DNA from: Ministeria vibrans ATCC 50519
Lineage: Eukaryota > Protista > Filasterea
NCBI GenBank assembly: GCA_943704425.1
Contig: CALSCP010001613.1
Coordinates: 77,856-141,855, forward strand
DNA length: 64,000 bases
Direction of reading: 5' to 3'
In this document: positions 11,587 to 23,335 of the stretch, piece after piece
Numbering within the stretch: position 1 is the stretch's first letter
Layout of the letters: the number at the start of each line of letters is the position of its first letter
Translations under genes and position numbers: made by a program
Notes under the pieces: model-generated
Told to the model about the DNA's origin: nothing
Databases searched by the model: none
The model's input: the letters and a program-made list of their open reading frames with translations, nothing else

Positions 11587-14070
11587 TTAATAGCGCGAAA
11601 TACCCCTGTTCTGCGCAGCTGGATCGACACGAGTGTCGCTTAACAGAAGTTGTATCACATTGTGATGGCCTCTCCTGTTGGCCCACCGAAGCGCAGCATT
11701 GTCCTGCGCCGCCGGGTCCACGCGCGCATCCGACATCAACACACGCACCGTATCCACTTTGCCCGTCTGACACGCTAGCTGGATCGCCAAGTTGTTGTTT
11801 GCCGCTGGATCTGCACGACCGTCCGCCAACAACAATTTTACCACAGTACAGTGACCAAATGTGCTCGCGCGTTGGATGGCTTCGTTGGCGTTTGCCGCCG
11901 GGTCCGCCCGTGTGTCCTCCAACAGCATGCGGACAATTGTGTCCCGTCCACGCCGACAAGCGTGGCGTAGGGCACTGCTGTCGTCTGCTGTCGGGTCAAC
12001 TCGATCATCTTGCAAGAGGAGTTCAACCACTCTTGCGCAGCTGTTCCGGCACGCCTGTCGAAAGGCGTCGTTGTCGCAAGCGCTTGGGTCCACACGTGTG
12101 TCACCAAGGAGAAGACGCACCACCCCGCAAGCACCAAACTCGCTTGCGTTTCGGATAGCCTGATCGTCCTTTGCCCCCGGATCCAGCCGACCGTCGTCCA
12201 GCAACAGTTGCACCGTGCTCGTGCGTCCGTACCTACTCGCACATCGAATTGCCTCACTCTCCGCGGCGGCTGGGTCTACTCGGCGGTCCTGCAACAACAG
12301 CTCTACCACTTCTGTGTGTCCCTCTGCACTGGCCCACCGAATGGCAGCGTTGTTGTTGGTTGCAGGGCTCAGGGGAAGTTGCAACAGCAGTCGAACCACC
12401 TCCGTGTGTCCGTTTCGACTCGCACTCCAAATCGCGTCGTCAAAAATCGGTTGTGACGAAGGTAGCCTCTCTTTCACGCTATGTTCCCACGCTATGCTGC
12501 TGCTTGCTGCAGGGTTCACGCGACCATCTTCTAGCATTAGATGCACCACCTCCAGGTGACCACGCTGACACGCGTGACGGAATGCCTTGCTGTCATTTGC
12601 CGCAGGATCTACGCGATCGTCTTGTAGCAAAAGCTGTACCATTGACGCCATTCCGTCAAAGCAGGCACGTGCAAGGACGTGGTTGTTGCGCGACGCAGGA
12701 TCCACGCGTTGGTCAGCCACCAATAGATGTGCCACCTTCCAGTGACCCGACACGGCCGCGACCCAGAGAGCCTCGTTGTCGCGCACAGCCGGATTCACAC
12801 GCTTGTTAGTCAACAACTGTGCCACCACAAGCAAGAGTCCCGATTTGCTTGCCACCACGATGGCGGGTTTGTCCGTTGCAGAAGGATCCACTCGCCCATC
12901 GGCCAGCAATGCCAGTGCGACCTCCTCGTGACCTGCCTCGCTGGCAATGAGAAAAGCCGCATTCATGTCGTGTGCCGTCGGATCCACGCGATGGTCCGCC
13001 AACAAAAGCCGCACCACTTCCACATGGCCAGAGAGACTCGCTTTGAACAAGGCGTTCTTGGCGTCCACTCCATCAATTCGAAAAGCACGTCTATCGGCCA
13101 ACAACAGGCCTACTATTGCTGCATAGCCCTCCCTGCTGGCAATGCGGAGGGAAATGTTGTTGTCTATCGTAGGATCCACGCGGGGATCCTGCAACAACAA
13201 TCGCACCACCTCAACGTAACCCCTCCGGCAGGCCGAGACGAGAGGAGAATTGTAAGGGGCGCAAGGGTCGACTTGGGGATGGGCCAACAAGCATCGCACA
13301 CACTCGACGTGTCCATGCCAGCACGCCGAGTCGAGGGCCGCGCTGCGGCGCGCTCCCGGATTCACGCGACGGTCCGCCAACAACAACTTCACCGTCTCCG
13401 TGTGTCCGTAAGCACTGGCAGAACGGATGGGAGAATTCTCTTTGACGGTCGGGTCAACACGTTCGTCGGCCAACAGATCGCGCACCAGCGCAGTGTACCC
13501 AAGCTGGCTCGCCTCCTGGATGGCGGCGTTATCTTGCACCGCTGGATTCACCCGAGCGTCGGCCACCAAGACGCGCAGCGCAGCCTCGTGGCGTCCCGGC
13601 AAGCATTTCCCGTGTGGTTGCGCAAACGACTCGGTCGACAAAGCCATTTGAAGGGGCGCCTCTGTCAACGCCAGCAGCTCATGGACAATCTCAGGGCAGC
13701 CGGCACGACAGGCACAGGTCACGGCAGTCACATGGTCGCACAAGGAGGCGTCGGTGCACTGCAAGAGCAGCAGCAGCAGACGCGCAAGTCCCAGGCGATT
13801 TGCCGACAAAAACAACCGATGCACACGCAGCGGCGCCATCTGCCTGCCACCCTGCCATCGCAATGGATGCCGCTTCAAGCGCAGTAGCACCTCCAGCGCA
13901 ATGGCGTCGGCGTCCTCGTCGTGCAAGCGCATGCGGAGTAACGTGACGAATCCAGTGTCGACCACGATAGCGCGAAACCCTTTGCTCACACTGCTCAAAA
14001 CGACGGCTGTGGTTGGCGTGCACCACGATATTATCAGCGCCTTCAGTTCGGCAGAGAGGCGATTCATCAC
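11587..14070 (-). CDS. F-box + ankyrin-repeat protein (intronless, 827 aa)
   Basis: The N-terminus RLSAELKALIISWC..AVVLSSVSKGFRAI is F-box-like. Roughly 18-20 repeats of the type D.RVDPxAxDNxAIRxASxxGHxEVVxLLL follow. Confidence 0.85.
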   Translation of the reverse strand: MMNRLSAELKALIISWCTPTTAVVLSSVSKGFRAIVVDTGFVTLLRMRLHDEDADAIALEVLLRLKRHPLRWQGGRQMAPLRVHRLFLSANRLGLARLLLLLLQCTDASLCDHVTAVTCACRAGCPEIVHELLALTEAPLQMALSTESFAQPHGKCLPGRHEAALRVLVADARVNPAVQDNAAIQEASQLGYTALVRDLLADERVDPTVKENSPIRSASAYGHTETVKLLLADRRVNPGARRSAALDSACWHGHVECVRCLLAHPQVDPCAPYNSPLVSACRRGYVEVVRLLLQDPRVDPTIDNNISLRIASREGYAAIVGLLLADRRAFRIDGVDAKNALFKASLSGHVEVVRLLLADHRVDPTAHDMNAAFLIASEAGHEEVALALLADGRVDPSATDKPAIVVASKSGLLLVVAQLLTNKRVNPAVRDNEALWVAAVSGHWKVAHLLVADQRVDPASRNNHVLARACFDGMASMVQLLLQDDRVDPAANDSKAFRHACQRGHLEVVHLMLEDGRVNPAASSSIAWEHSVKERLPSSQPIFDDAIWSASRNGHTEVVRLLLQLPLSPATNNNAAIRWASAEGHTEVVELLLQDRRVDPAAAESEAIRCASRYGRTSTVQLLLDDGRLDPGAKDDQAIRNASEFGACGVVRLLLGDTRVDPSACDNDAFRQACRNSCARVVELLLQDDRVDPTADDSSALRHACRRGRDTIVRMLLEDTRADPAANANEAIQRASTFGHCTVVKLLLADGRADPAANNNLAIQLACQTGKVDTVRVLMSDARVDPAAQDNAALRWANRRGHHNVIQLLLSDTRVDPAAQNRGISRY

Positions 14071-14437
14071 ATGAAATGGAATGTGTGAATGATTAATGAA
14101 TGAATCAGAAATTCTCAGAGGACAGTCTTCATTTTTATTTACTGTAAGTGTCCATTCTTGTTTCTTGATCCCTCTCTAGCGCCCTCAACTTTTATTCATT
14201 GTCGCAGGCATGGCGAACGGTAAGTCACTGTGTGTGGGGGTGTATTGAAGTTGTCCTGTTGCAATGGCTGCAGTCGCGATTTAAAACAGAAGAGGCCCGA
14301 CCCGAAGAATCAGCTTTGCTTGCAAATTACGGTCTGCCGTCTGGGGGCAGGGGTGGGCTGTGGGGTATCGTGTGTGGTGATGGTGCTTGCGTCGTGTTTG
14401 AGGGTGGCTGTTGCGTGCGAGAGGGGAGGGGTTTCGT

Positions 14438-14806
14438 CCGAAGCAGAACTCTGCGTCTCCAAATCAGGGTGTGCGTTGTCTGCTTGGGGATGTTTCTACC
14501 TGCCGGCTGTGGTGGCGGTGGTGGTGGGGGTGGTGGCGCGATGGTGCAGTGGTGTCGTCTGTCGTTTTCGTTTTTTTTTTGTTCTGTTTTGTTCCCATTC
14601 TCTGTGTTTTCCCTATCCGCCGAAGCAGAACTCTGCGCCTTCAAATCAGGGTGTGCGTTGTCTGCTTGGGGATGTTTGTACCTGCCGGCTGTAGTGGTGG
14701 GGGTGGTGGTTGGTGTGGTGGCGCGATGGTGCAGTTTGTCTGTCGTTTTCGCTCTTTATTTCTGTTTTGTTCCCATTGCGCCTCTGTTCCCTGTGTTTTC
14801 CCTATC
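14438..14806. repeat. Tandem duplication of a ~182-bp unit in the divergent intergenic region
   Basis: Units start at 14438 and 14620, both reading ccgaagcagaactctgcg...aaatcagggtgtgcgttgtctgcttggggatgttt...ctgtgttttccctatc. Confidence 0.85.
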
Positions 14807-15184
14807 GGGTGGGGCGCCTTAGCCCTTTTTTCTCCTTGGCAACTTGCGAAAATCGGCTGCGAATGACCAATGGGATAATCCGAAGCGGTCAATATGTTGT
14901 TCGCGCGTCTGAACTCTGCTCTCGTTGGGCTGGAAAGGCTCACCGAGCAACGAAGGCGCTGTCCCTGATGCGTGCCTCATGCTGGGGATGGCTGAAGGGT
15001 GGTTTTTCCTGCTGTTTTATATTTCTCGTTTTTTGCGTTTGTCTGTTTCACGCAACCAGTGTGTCATGGGCGCGACAAAGTGTGGCTTGAATTTATGTGT
15101 CAGGGGGGGTTGAGGTCGGTGTGTTTATGAAAAGCGGGTATATATAGCACTTTTAAGAAATTCTTAGAGCGAGACTCGGAAAGG

Positions 15185-18063
15185 ATGGAGCGAGTGCGAG
15201 AAGAAATAAGGAAATGTCGGGAAAGTGGAGCTGTGAGGCTCAACCTCTCCTCCAACCAACTGACCGCGGTGCCCCCGGAGCTCGGCCAGCTCACGGCGCT
15301 CCGTACCCTCACCCTCCACTCCAACCAACTGACCGCGGTGCCCCCGGAGCTCGGCCAGCTCACGGCGCTCCAGGACCTCAACCTCAACTCCAACCCCCTC
15401 CTTTTGCACCCGCCACCGGAAATCATTCGTCGCGGCCTCAAAGCCATACAAACCTACCTCTGTGAAGCACCAGCGCTTATCTCCTCCCACCGTGCTAAGC
15501 TACTCGTCATGGGCGAAGGCAACATTGGCAAGACTTGCCTCCTCCGTCGTTTGGTTTCCGACGAGTACGTCGAGCAGACAATGACCGACGGTATTCAAGT
15601 CCAGGAGTGGCAGCTTGATGAGGATCTCTTTACCGGAACCGTGAGGTATTTTCTTGTCTCCACCATGTATTTTAATATATTAACGCGATACACACTTCCC
15701 TCCAGCACCTGGGACTTTGGTGGTCAGGAGATCTACCTCAACTCGCACCAATTCTTCCTCACAGACCGCTGCGTCTATCTGCTGGTGCGGAACGGCCGCG
15801 ACGACGTGCACGAAAAGGCAGTGAAATGGCTTCATCAGCTTGCTGCGCGCGTTCCCAACGCCATGGTGGTTGTAGTGGCGACGCGTCAGGATGAAGTAGC
15901 CGGTGCCACACACCGTCCGGTCCCGCGCGATGCACTGCGCGAGCGAGGTCTCGAGAAACTCATCGTGCATGAGACAGAACTGTGGGTCAGCTCGCTCACG
16001 GGCCACAACATCCCCGATCTCAAGAACTTGCTACTCAAGCAGCTACTCAAACAGCCCATGACCTGCGCACAATACCCACGCGACTGGGTCGAATTCGCCA
16101 GTCATCTGGGGGGTGTGCGCGAGAAGTTTGTCGGTCCCGTTGCGCTCGAGGAGCTTATCGACTACGCCGTCAAGCACTGCTCGGTGAGCAGAGGTCTTGC
16201 TTCCCTGATGGTGGAAACGATGCACGACTGGGGCGTGTTCGTGCGGTATACTCGTGGCGACCACGTCTTTGTCATTGTGGAACCACAGTGGCTGCACGAC
16301 CGGTTTGCCGAGGTTGTCACTGCGACGGCCGCTGGAGTAGCTGCGCTCGACATCCAGCATGGCATCGTGCGCGATGAACAACTCCGTGCACTTCCCAAGT
16401 GGGAGATTATGACGCGTAGTGCGCGGGATGACGTGATCTCTCTTCTCCAAGAGTTTGAAATCATGCTGCCTGCCTTCACTGAACACCTCGATGGTGTCGA
16501 GCAGCAGCGATGGCTCGTTCCAGCTCACCTCCCAGACGATCGACCTGAAGGGTTCCATGCGGAGATGAATGAGCTCAGTGGTACGCTCGTCGTCTACCGC
16601 GTGCAGCTGTCGTTCTTTCCTACCGGATTGTTCGCATGGCTTGTTGTGCGTCTCCGCGCCACGCTCGCCCTCGCAGGTCGCGATTGTGTGCGTGCGCTGT
16701 ACAAGACTGGCGTAGCGCTGTACGATGCTCGCACTGGCACACGTGGCGTCGTCTACGCTGACCGCGACTATGTGTATGTCCGTGTGCGAGGTCGTGAGCC
16801 GTGGGATCTGGGCCGTAACGTGGTGGACGTGCTCCTCAACTTGGCGGCCGCGCGCTTCAAGGGCCTTGACACAAACAGCTTTGTGCGATGCCCGAGCGAA
16901 AAATGTGCGAGTGTGGAGTCGTCGGTCACTGCACAAGTGTTCTTCTCCCTCGAAGTATTGAGGGAGTGTTTGGAGGAAGGTCTTCAAGCGTTGATGTGCC
17001 ACAGTTGCAAAAAGCTTATTAACGTCGCCTTGTTGCTCACGGGCGAGTACAGCCCCCCACAGATGACTCACGCCAACAGCAAGACAGAGCAGGATCTTTT
17101 GTTGACACAGGGTGTCGATCGTATGTGTCGGATTGAAGACTATGTGCGTGACCTTCACCATGAGCTCACTGGCGGGCCTGTCTCTACTGACGCTGCGCTC
17201 ACCCCGGATCTCTACGCGGCCATTGATGTTCTCAACACCGTGTCGGCGCCACCAGAACAGACCTTGCGCCAACGCATCCTCGGGATGCTAGAACAACTGC
17301 AGCAGGGGCAGACGGACATCTTTGCAGTCGCTTCTGCCAGCGAGCAATACCTGGTTCGCGTCATGCAGGAGATGAAGCGCCTCCACGACAAGGCCGACCG
17401 CACATTCCGCTCGCTGCTCGATCGTGACGCAAACACCCCACGCGTCTTCTTCATCACACAGCGCTGCTGTCCAGACAAAGCCAAAGAGACCAAGCGCCTA
17501 CACCTCCCCACGTTGAAGAAGACGTTCAAGCTGCACTTGTGCTGTGAATACAGCGACCACGTTCATTGTACGCGCGAGTACTCGATCCGTCTGACCAAGA
17601 AAGCGTTGCGAAAGTTTGCTGGGCCTCTTCGCACCGTCCTTAAATTCGCCGCACCTCTGCTCAAGTTTGCTGTGGGTACCAGTGTCACAGCCGCCGGCTT
17701 TCCCGAGTTCAAAACACTCGCAGCGAACCTTGCGAGCATGCTCAGCAGCGACCTTCGCGCTGCTCTCCAAGATGACTCGAGCTTCGAACGTACAAACCAA
17801 TATGCAGCTATTTTCTCTAACCGAACATTATTTCTCCAGGTCTGACACAGCTCGCGGACGGTAATGACGAGTCTGACCACGATCTACGCGACACCGGCAA
17901 CAACGATATGTATCGTGAACTCGAGGCATTTATTTTGCAGCAGGACCCACAGAGGCAATGGGGCCTCGAGAAGGTCACACTCACGGACGGCAAGACTGCA
18001 TTCCTGTGTCCAGAGCATGCGAAGGCGCTCAAGGCGTTTACAATTTCCAACCTGACTATGTAG
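15185..18063 (+). CDS. Roco protein (LRR-ROC-COR)
   Basis: LRRs (LNLSSNQLTAVPPELGQLTAL), ROC P-loop KLLVMGEGNIGKT, WDFGGQEIY, and COR (IVEPQWL, FFPTGLFAWLVVR). There is a probable in-frame intron near 15634-15705. An intron at 17790-17839 leads to the typical C-terminal WGLEKVTLTDGKTAFLCPEH, with TAG at 18061-18063. Confidence 0.9.
15251..15388 (+). repeat. Two near-identical 69-bp LRR-coding units
   Basis: 15251-15319 and 15320-15388 are identical over their first 52 nt. Confidence 0.9.
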
Positions 18064-18504
18064 ATTGTAAACCTTGGTAGTTAGGGATACATGAGAGAAC
18101 GGAACAAAAATGATTATTTTTTTTTATCACTCGCCCGGTTACGATCCAACCTCTATTCGTGACCGACACCATTAATGTGCTCTTTGAAGTCGAACACAAC
18201 GTCATCCGACCATTCAACCAATTCATTTTTTTTTTTTTTTTTTGGAAATCCTAGCTAGGGCAGAAACTTCATTGTACAAGACAATCTAGCCATCCGAAGC
18301 GACTGCTCCACTCCCGCATGGACCGAAACGGATACTCCATGAGACTTGCATGTAGACTTAGTCACCCAAGCAAGTGACTATCCCCACCGCTGAAACGCCT
18401 CCCGATTTTAACTAAAAATTAACGCACGCAAAAAGGAAAACAGAAAGGGGGCAAGGGAAAAATACAAGGCGGGAATCTCTGTTCGACAGTGTTCCGTCAC
18501 TCAG

Positions 18505-18640
18505 CCCTATCTCGCCACCCGAGCTCCAGCAAGGACCTGATCTGACACTCTCTGCTAGAAGCCTGGCCCTATCCCTATCTCGCCACCCGAGCTCCAGCAA
18601 GGACCTGATCTGACATTCTCTGCTAGAAGCCTGGCCCTAT
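18505..18640. repeat. 68-bp tandem duplication
   Basis: ccctatctcgccacccgagctccagcaaggacctgatctgaca(c/t)tctctgctagaagcctggccctat occurs at 18505-18572 and 18573-18640. Confidence 0.9.
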
Positions 18641-19137
18641 CAGGTTCCAGGACAGCCCAAGATAATCTCTGTTGACAGCCGGCCCTCCCAGCCCTACCCT
18701 ACATAGACTTCAACAGAGAAGAACTGAGTCGATATTCTCTGATAACCGTGTGGGTTGTTCGAGGGCCGGGTGGCGAGATAGACGACAGTGTCAGCAGAGA
18801 AACTCGCAGCCAGACTATCCTCTGTTTTCCCAGCCCTTACCCCAATTCGCTCGGAATAGATCCTAAGAAAAGAAGAACACATTTCCAATTTATTAGAAGA
18901 AGAAGAATACAACCCATTTATTAATGATCCAATTTTATTTATGGTATTCCAATTTTTATTAGAAGAAGAAGAAGAATACAACCCATTTATTTATGATTTT
19001 CCTAACTTTAACAACTCACGGTCAACGCCTCTACCGTCAAATTCGTGAACCCCTTGTTAACGTTGGCAGGGTTGATGACAAGCGCCCCTGAACCCACGCA
19101 GGCATCTACCTTTAATAGTACAATAGTCACCTCGCCC

Positions 19138-20710
19138 CTACAACGTGAAGCAGGGCAGCAATGGCATTCGCTCGTGAAGTACACGGGCAAACTCGGGGTC
19201 GCCACACGACTCGATTGTGTCCACGAGCAGCCGACGTTGCCAGCGAGCGACTCGGGCCGCGCGCACATCCTCTGCCGCCTCCATCACATCCTCGAGCCGG
19301 GCAATATCATCCTCGTCACCCTGCTCCTCGTCCTCGTCGTTCACAGCCTCCTCGCCACGACCACTACCCTGCTGCTGCCTCCGCTTCCTCCCCTCTCCAC
19401 CGCCACCAGCACCCCCACCGCCGCCATCCTCGACCTCCAAAATGGTCCCAAGTGGACCCCGCAGCAGTGACGGCCGCGACGGTGCCGCCAGCCAGTCGTG
19501 GAGGGCTCTCTGGAGCTGGTCAGCCCGCTCAAACTGGACCGTTCGCAGCGCAAAACGCCTGCCTCCATCCCTTGCCACCAGCGTCACTTGAAAGAATAGC
19601 CGGGGCGTGTACAGAAAGGCGGCGCAGTCGTAGTCGGAGGCAAAGTTGGCGCAGACACACTCGCCCTGCACCTGGGGCAAGAATTCGCTGGGATTGTGCG
19701 AGTCGACCGCCTTGAGCTCGACGACGGCAACAAGGTCGGGCCGCGACGCCTCTTTGAACCGTTCGCCGTGGAGTGTCCGGTTGAAGGCGACGTCGGTGGT
19801 GCCGGCCAGATGGAGCTGGGGCGCCGAAAGCAGCGTGTGATTGCGGGTGACACCAAAGGGGCCGTTCCACGAGGGGTCGCGCGGGATGATCTAGGGAAGG
19901 TGAGACAGGGCAAGGAAGCAAAAAAAAAAAAGCTCACCTGTGCCTGCAAATGCTCGACAAAGAGAGGCTGCTCGTGCTTCTCGACGGCACTGGTGAAACG
20001 ATGGGGCATGCCGAGACCGTCCATAGTCGAATCGGCGTCCTCAATGCCCGACCGCTGAATGCCGGCAGTGCGTAGGCGTGAGTCGAGCTTTTCCTGCGAC
20101 AGTCCCGACAGAGCGACTGTCTCGGCTGCGAGAACAGGGGGTAGTTGAGAGGATTGCATTTTAGGCTGGGTCGTACTTTTCTCTTGCAGAAGGGTTTTCA
20201 TGCCTGTCCGAAGTTCGTTCAGGGCTTCTCTGTCTGTTGTGACAATGGGGAGGAGGTGAGAAAGAGTGAGGTTGGGCAATTTAAAGAATGATCACCTTCA
20301 GTTGAGAGCGTCGAAGCAGTCGTCGAGCCTACACAGAAAGCACAAGGTGAGTTCAGACTCAAAGACAAAGAAGCTTCTCACTTTTCGTCGAGTTCTCCTG
20401 ATCAAATGCCACCTCTACAAAGTTCAAAGACAGGGTGAGCAGTGGACAAACGTGTGAATCGAGATGACGTACGAATTCCAATGTACAAAAGGCGAATGTC
20501 AAACTGAGAGGGGTCGGCTTCCGTTTCGAGGTCTTCGGTGATTCTCACAATGAATGTGTTCCGTCGATTACCGCCTGTCTCACTTTGAGAGTCGACAAAG
20601 GCCGACCAAATCTGCTCACCGCTCAAGTGATGACCAATGTTTGCTGCTCTTTCATCCCGATTGAATGGCGCCGCAGTGAGGCATGCAACAAGAGTTTCAC
20701 CAGACGCCAT
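19138..20710 (-). CDS. Crinkler-like protein with C-terminal PD-(D/E)xK restriction-endonuclease-fold domain
   Basis: The spliced model (ATG 20710; introns ~20415-20472, ~20330-20381, ~20235-20296, ~19891-19937) reads through to GTTDVAF...VAVVELK...FLPQVQGECVCAN. This is the D...E-x-K plus Q-x-x-G-E pattern of CRN-type REase domains. Confidence 0.6.
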
Positions 20711-21849
20711 CGTTTGAACTGTCAAAGGTTGTGTCAGTTGGAATGAACCGACGTTCTTACTTACGGTCACTGAAGGGCGCGCTACTAGCTGCCATGGTCG
20801 TTTATTGCTACACAAAGGAAGGTGAAAATCAGTGCGGCCGATAAGCTTTTGGCGTGAACTGTTGAGTTCGCAACTTCTTTCAAGAAAAAGCAACGAATTC
20901 CAATTGAAAAGGCACAAAAAGCCGTGAGTAACAGACACATCAACGTCCACAGCACATAGATGAGAAACACTGAAACGAGACGAGTTTGGTAATGCAGTAG
21001 GAGAGGCGTTTCAGGTTTTTTTTTTCTTTATTTTGAAAGAGCGAGAGAGAGCGCAACGTTGCTTTGAGCGACTCCCGAGCGCAGATACGTGACAAATACA
21101 CACAAGATAGTCGCAGACACAAGATAAAGGGAGGGCAAGAGAGAAGAGAGGAGAGCAACGCAAAATCTCCCACAAAGCTAAGGGCAAATAGTAAGAGAGC
21201 GCAATAGCGTGCTAGTGTTGCATCGGTGCCTTACGTATGGACGGTGGCAGCTGAAGTAGAGAAAACCACAAAGAGAAGCTCAGAAGGTGGAAAAAAGTTG
21301 AGTGACTTAAGTCAGTTAAATTCAGTTCATCAATCGCCCATTACAAAGTCCACACTCTGCGCCCTGCAAGTTGAAGAATTTGCTCATGGCTTATACCACT
21401 CAGTCTCTTCCTTTTCCTAGCTTAGTAAGCTTACTCAAACAGGCAGAGACACACAACGCACATTCATTCTTTGTCACACACACACACACATGGACCCAGC
21501 CAGGGCGCGACCACTGCAACGCGCCGCTTCTTGGGCTGTACGCAAAGTTTTTAACAGGCACGCCTCGGTGGCGAGATTCTCTGTTGAAACTGGGGTGGCG
21601 AGAGAAATCCCGCTGCTCCGCCACCCTCACTCCCTGACAGCAGAGAAATCTCAGGCACCAGCCTATCGCACCACCTGACCCCGTCTCGCCACTGAAAAGG
21701 AACACAAGCCTCCTGTACTTGAATAGATGCATCATTCGAGAGGGAAGGACGTGACTCGGGGACAAGGGAGAGAGTGATGGGCACAGGGCCGAGTCGTGAG
21801 AAAAAAAGAATAAACAAGGGACACTTGATTTCCGATCGCTCTCAAAATA

Positions 21850-22290
21850 CTACTCCTCTGCATTCAAACCAACCTCTGTCACAGCATGAGTGTTGGAAAG
21901 CACGGGGATGTCAGTGGTTAAGTGAAAGCTCGAGCCTCGACCATGCACCTCTAGCCTAAAGTCTGCGTCATAGCCGAACTCATCCCGTGGCGTCTCCGTC
22001 ATGTGCGCAGTCCAGCATCGCCCTGTCCGCAGTACAGCCACTGCAGCGCCGAAGAGATGGTTGTCCGTCTCCTCAACGTACCTCTCTTCCACGTACCACG
22101 CAAGGTAGTTGATGATCCCCGTGAGAAGCGACGCCACACTCGCATGCTCCGTGACGTGCCACTGCGGCGCGGCCACAAACGCTTCTGTTTCAATGTACCG
22201 CCGGGCGAACAGTATTAACTTGCCGTCCTGAAACACAAGGCGAAGCTCGTCTCCGGCGATGTCCATGCGAGAGACGCGCACGCCGGTCAT
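21850..22290 (-). CDS. Hypothetical protein, possibly a detached C-terminal part of the HEPN-TPR locus
   Basis: A GC-rich 146-aa ORF just downstream of, and on the same strand as, the HEPN-TPR ORF. No recognisable motif. Confidence 0.3.
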   Translation of the reverse strand: MTGVRVSRMDIAGDELRLVFQDGKLILFARRYIETEAFVAAPQWHVTEHASVASLLTGIINYLAWYVEERYVEETDNHLFGAAVAVLRTGRCWTAHMTETPRDEFGYDADFRLEVHGRGSSFHLTTDIPVLSNTHAVTEVGLNAEE

Positions 22291-22337
22291 GGAGGGGTAG
22301 TGCTGGCGGTTGTAGGGCAGAAACCCAGGCGTCGAGG

Positions 22338-23335
22338 TCAGAGATGCGGGACAGACGTCCGAAAAGGTCTCACAGATGCGTCGGGTGACGTTCTTAGGGC
22401 TTTGCGGCAGGGTCTGTGTGCGGTGTGTGGGTTCAGTCGCACTGCGCGCTCAAAATGACGCAGTGCCTCTTTGTCCGGTGGAGCGCCACCAATGCTTCGC
22501 CTCGCCGTACGTACCCGCGCCACCACCCGGGCCGCACCCGACACGCCCGTTCGCCGTCGCTCAATGCTGCCTCCCACTCCTCCCGGCGAAAATGCGCGGC
22601 CGACCGATTGCTGTACAGCGTGCCGAGCAGCTCGGCGTCGTCACTGCCCACCTGCAGCGCCTCCGTCCACTCCTCAATGGCGTCGTCGTACTCGCCCCGT
22701 TTGAACAGATCATTGCCGGCCGTCTTCTTCTCGCTGCAGTACACCCGCTTCTCCTCTGCGGCCGCTGCAGCCTCCTCCGCTGTCTCCGTGGCGGCAGCAC
22801 TGCCGTTCTTCAGCACCTCTGCGATCGTCGGACGCGACTTGTCCGCCAGCTCGGCGTCAAACACAGCCTCCACTCGCGCACAGCACGCGCCAAACTTGTC
22901 GTCAGGCATGTGGTCGACGTGCGAGACTTCGTTGCGCACATCAACCACGTCTTTGAGCCACTTGGTCTTCTTCAGCTTGCGGTCGACGCCCCGCAGCGCA
23001 CTCGCCAGTAGCGAAATGTCCCATCGCCGGAAGCTGCCCTCGTCCACCTTGGCGCGATACGCGTCAAAGGGGAAGCTGTCATAGCATCGTCGGTAGGTGT
23101 GCTTGAACGCCGCACACAGCTGCGCGTCGTCCGCATTCGTGTTGTTGGCGATTGTGTTCGTGCGGAGCATCTGTCGAAACAGTCGACGCAGACGCTCCGT
23201 GACCTCCTGCAGAAGACGGTGCATGCGGATGCTGTTCTCCTTCTCGTCGCAAGACGGCTCGCATGCGGGAGAAGCCGGCGTGCCGCCAGCGATGGCCAAC
23301 GACGATTGTGGAGTTGATTGTGGAGTTGATTCCAA
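22338..23335 (-). pseudogene. DZIP3-like HEPN + TPR protein with an apparent frameshift
   Basis: WDISLL...DVVDVRNEVSH carries the HEPN RxxxxH motif. TPRs follow (KTAGNDLFKRGEYDDAIEEW, LYSNRSAAH, WWRGYVRRGEAL). The last TPR helix (KEALRHFERAVRLNP) continues in another frame from ~22473. Confidence 0.6.

Noticed and set aside
14199-15113. ORFs overlapping the 182-bp duplication
   Set aside because: Low-complexity translations with no domain features; treated as non-coding.
12727-17272. Long antisense ORFs (12727-13887, 16043-17272)
   Set aside because: They are shadow frames of GC-rich real genes on the opposite strand and carry no motifs.
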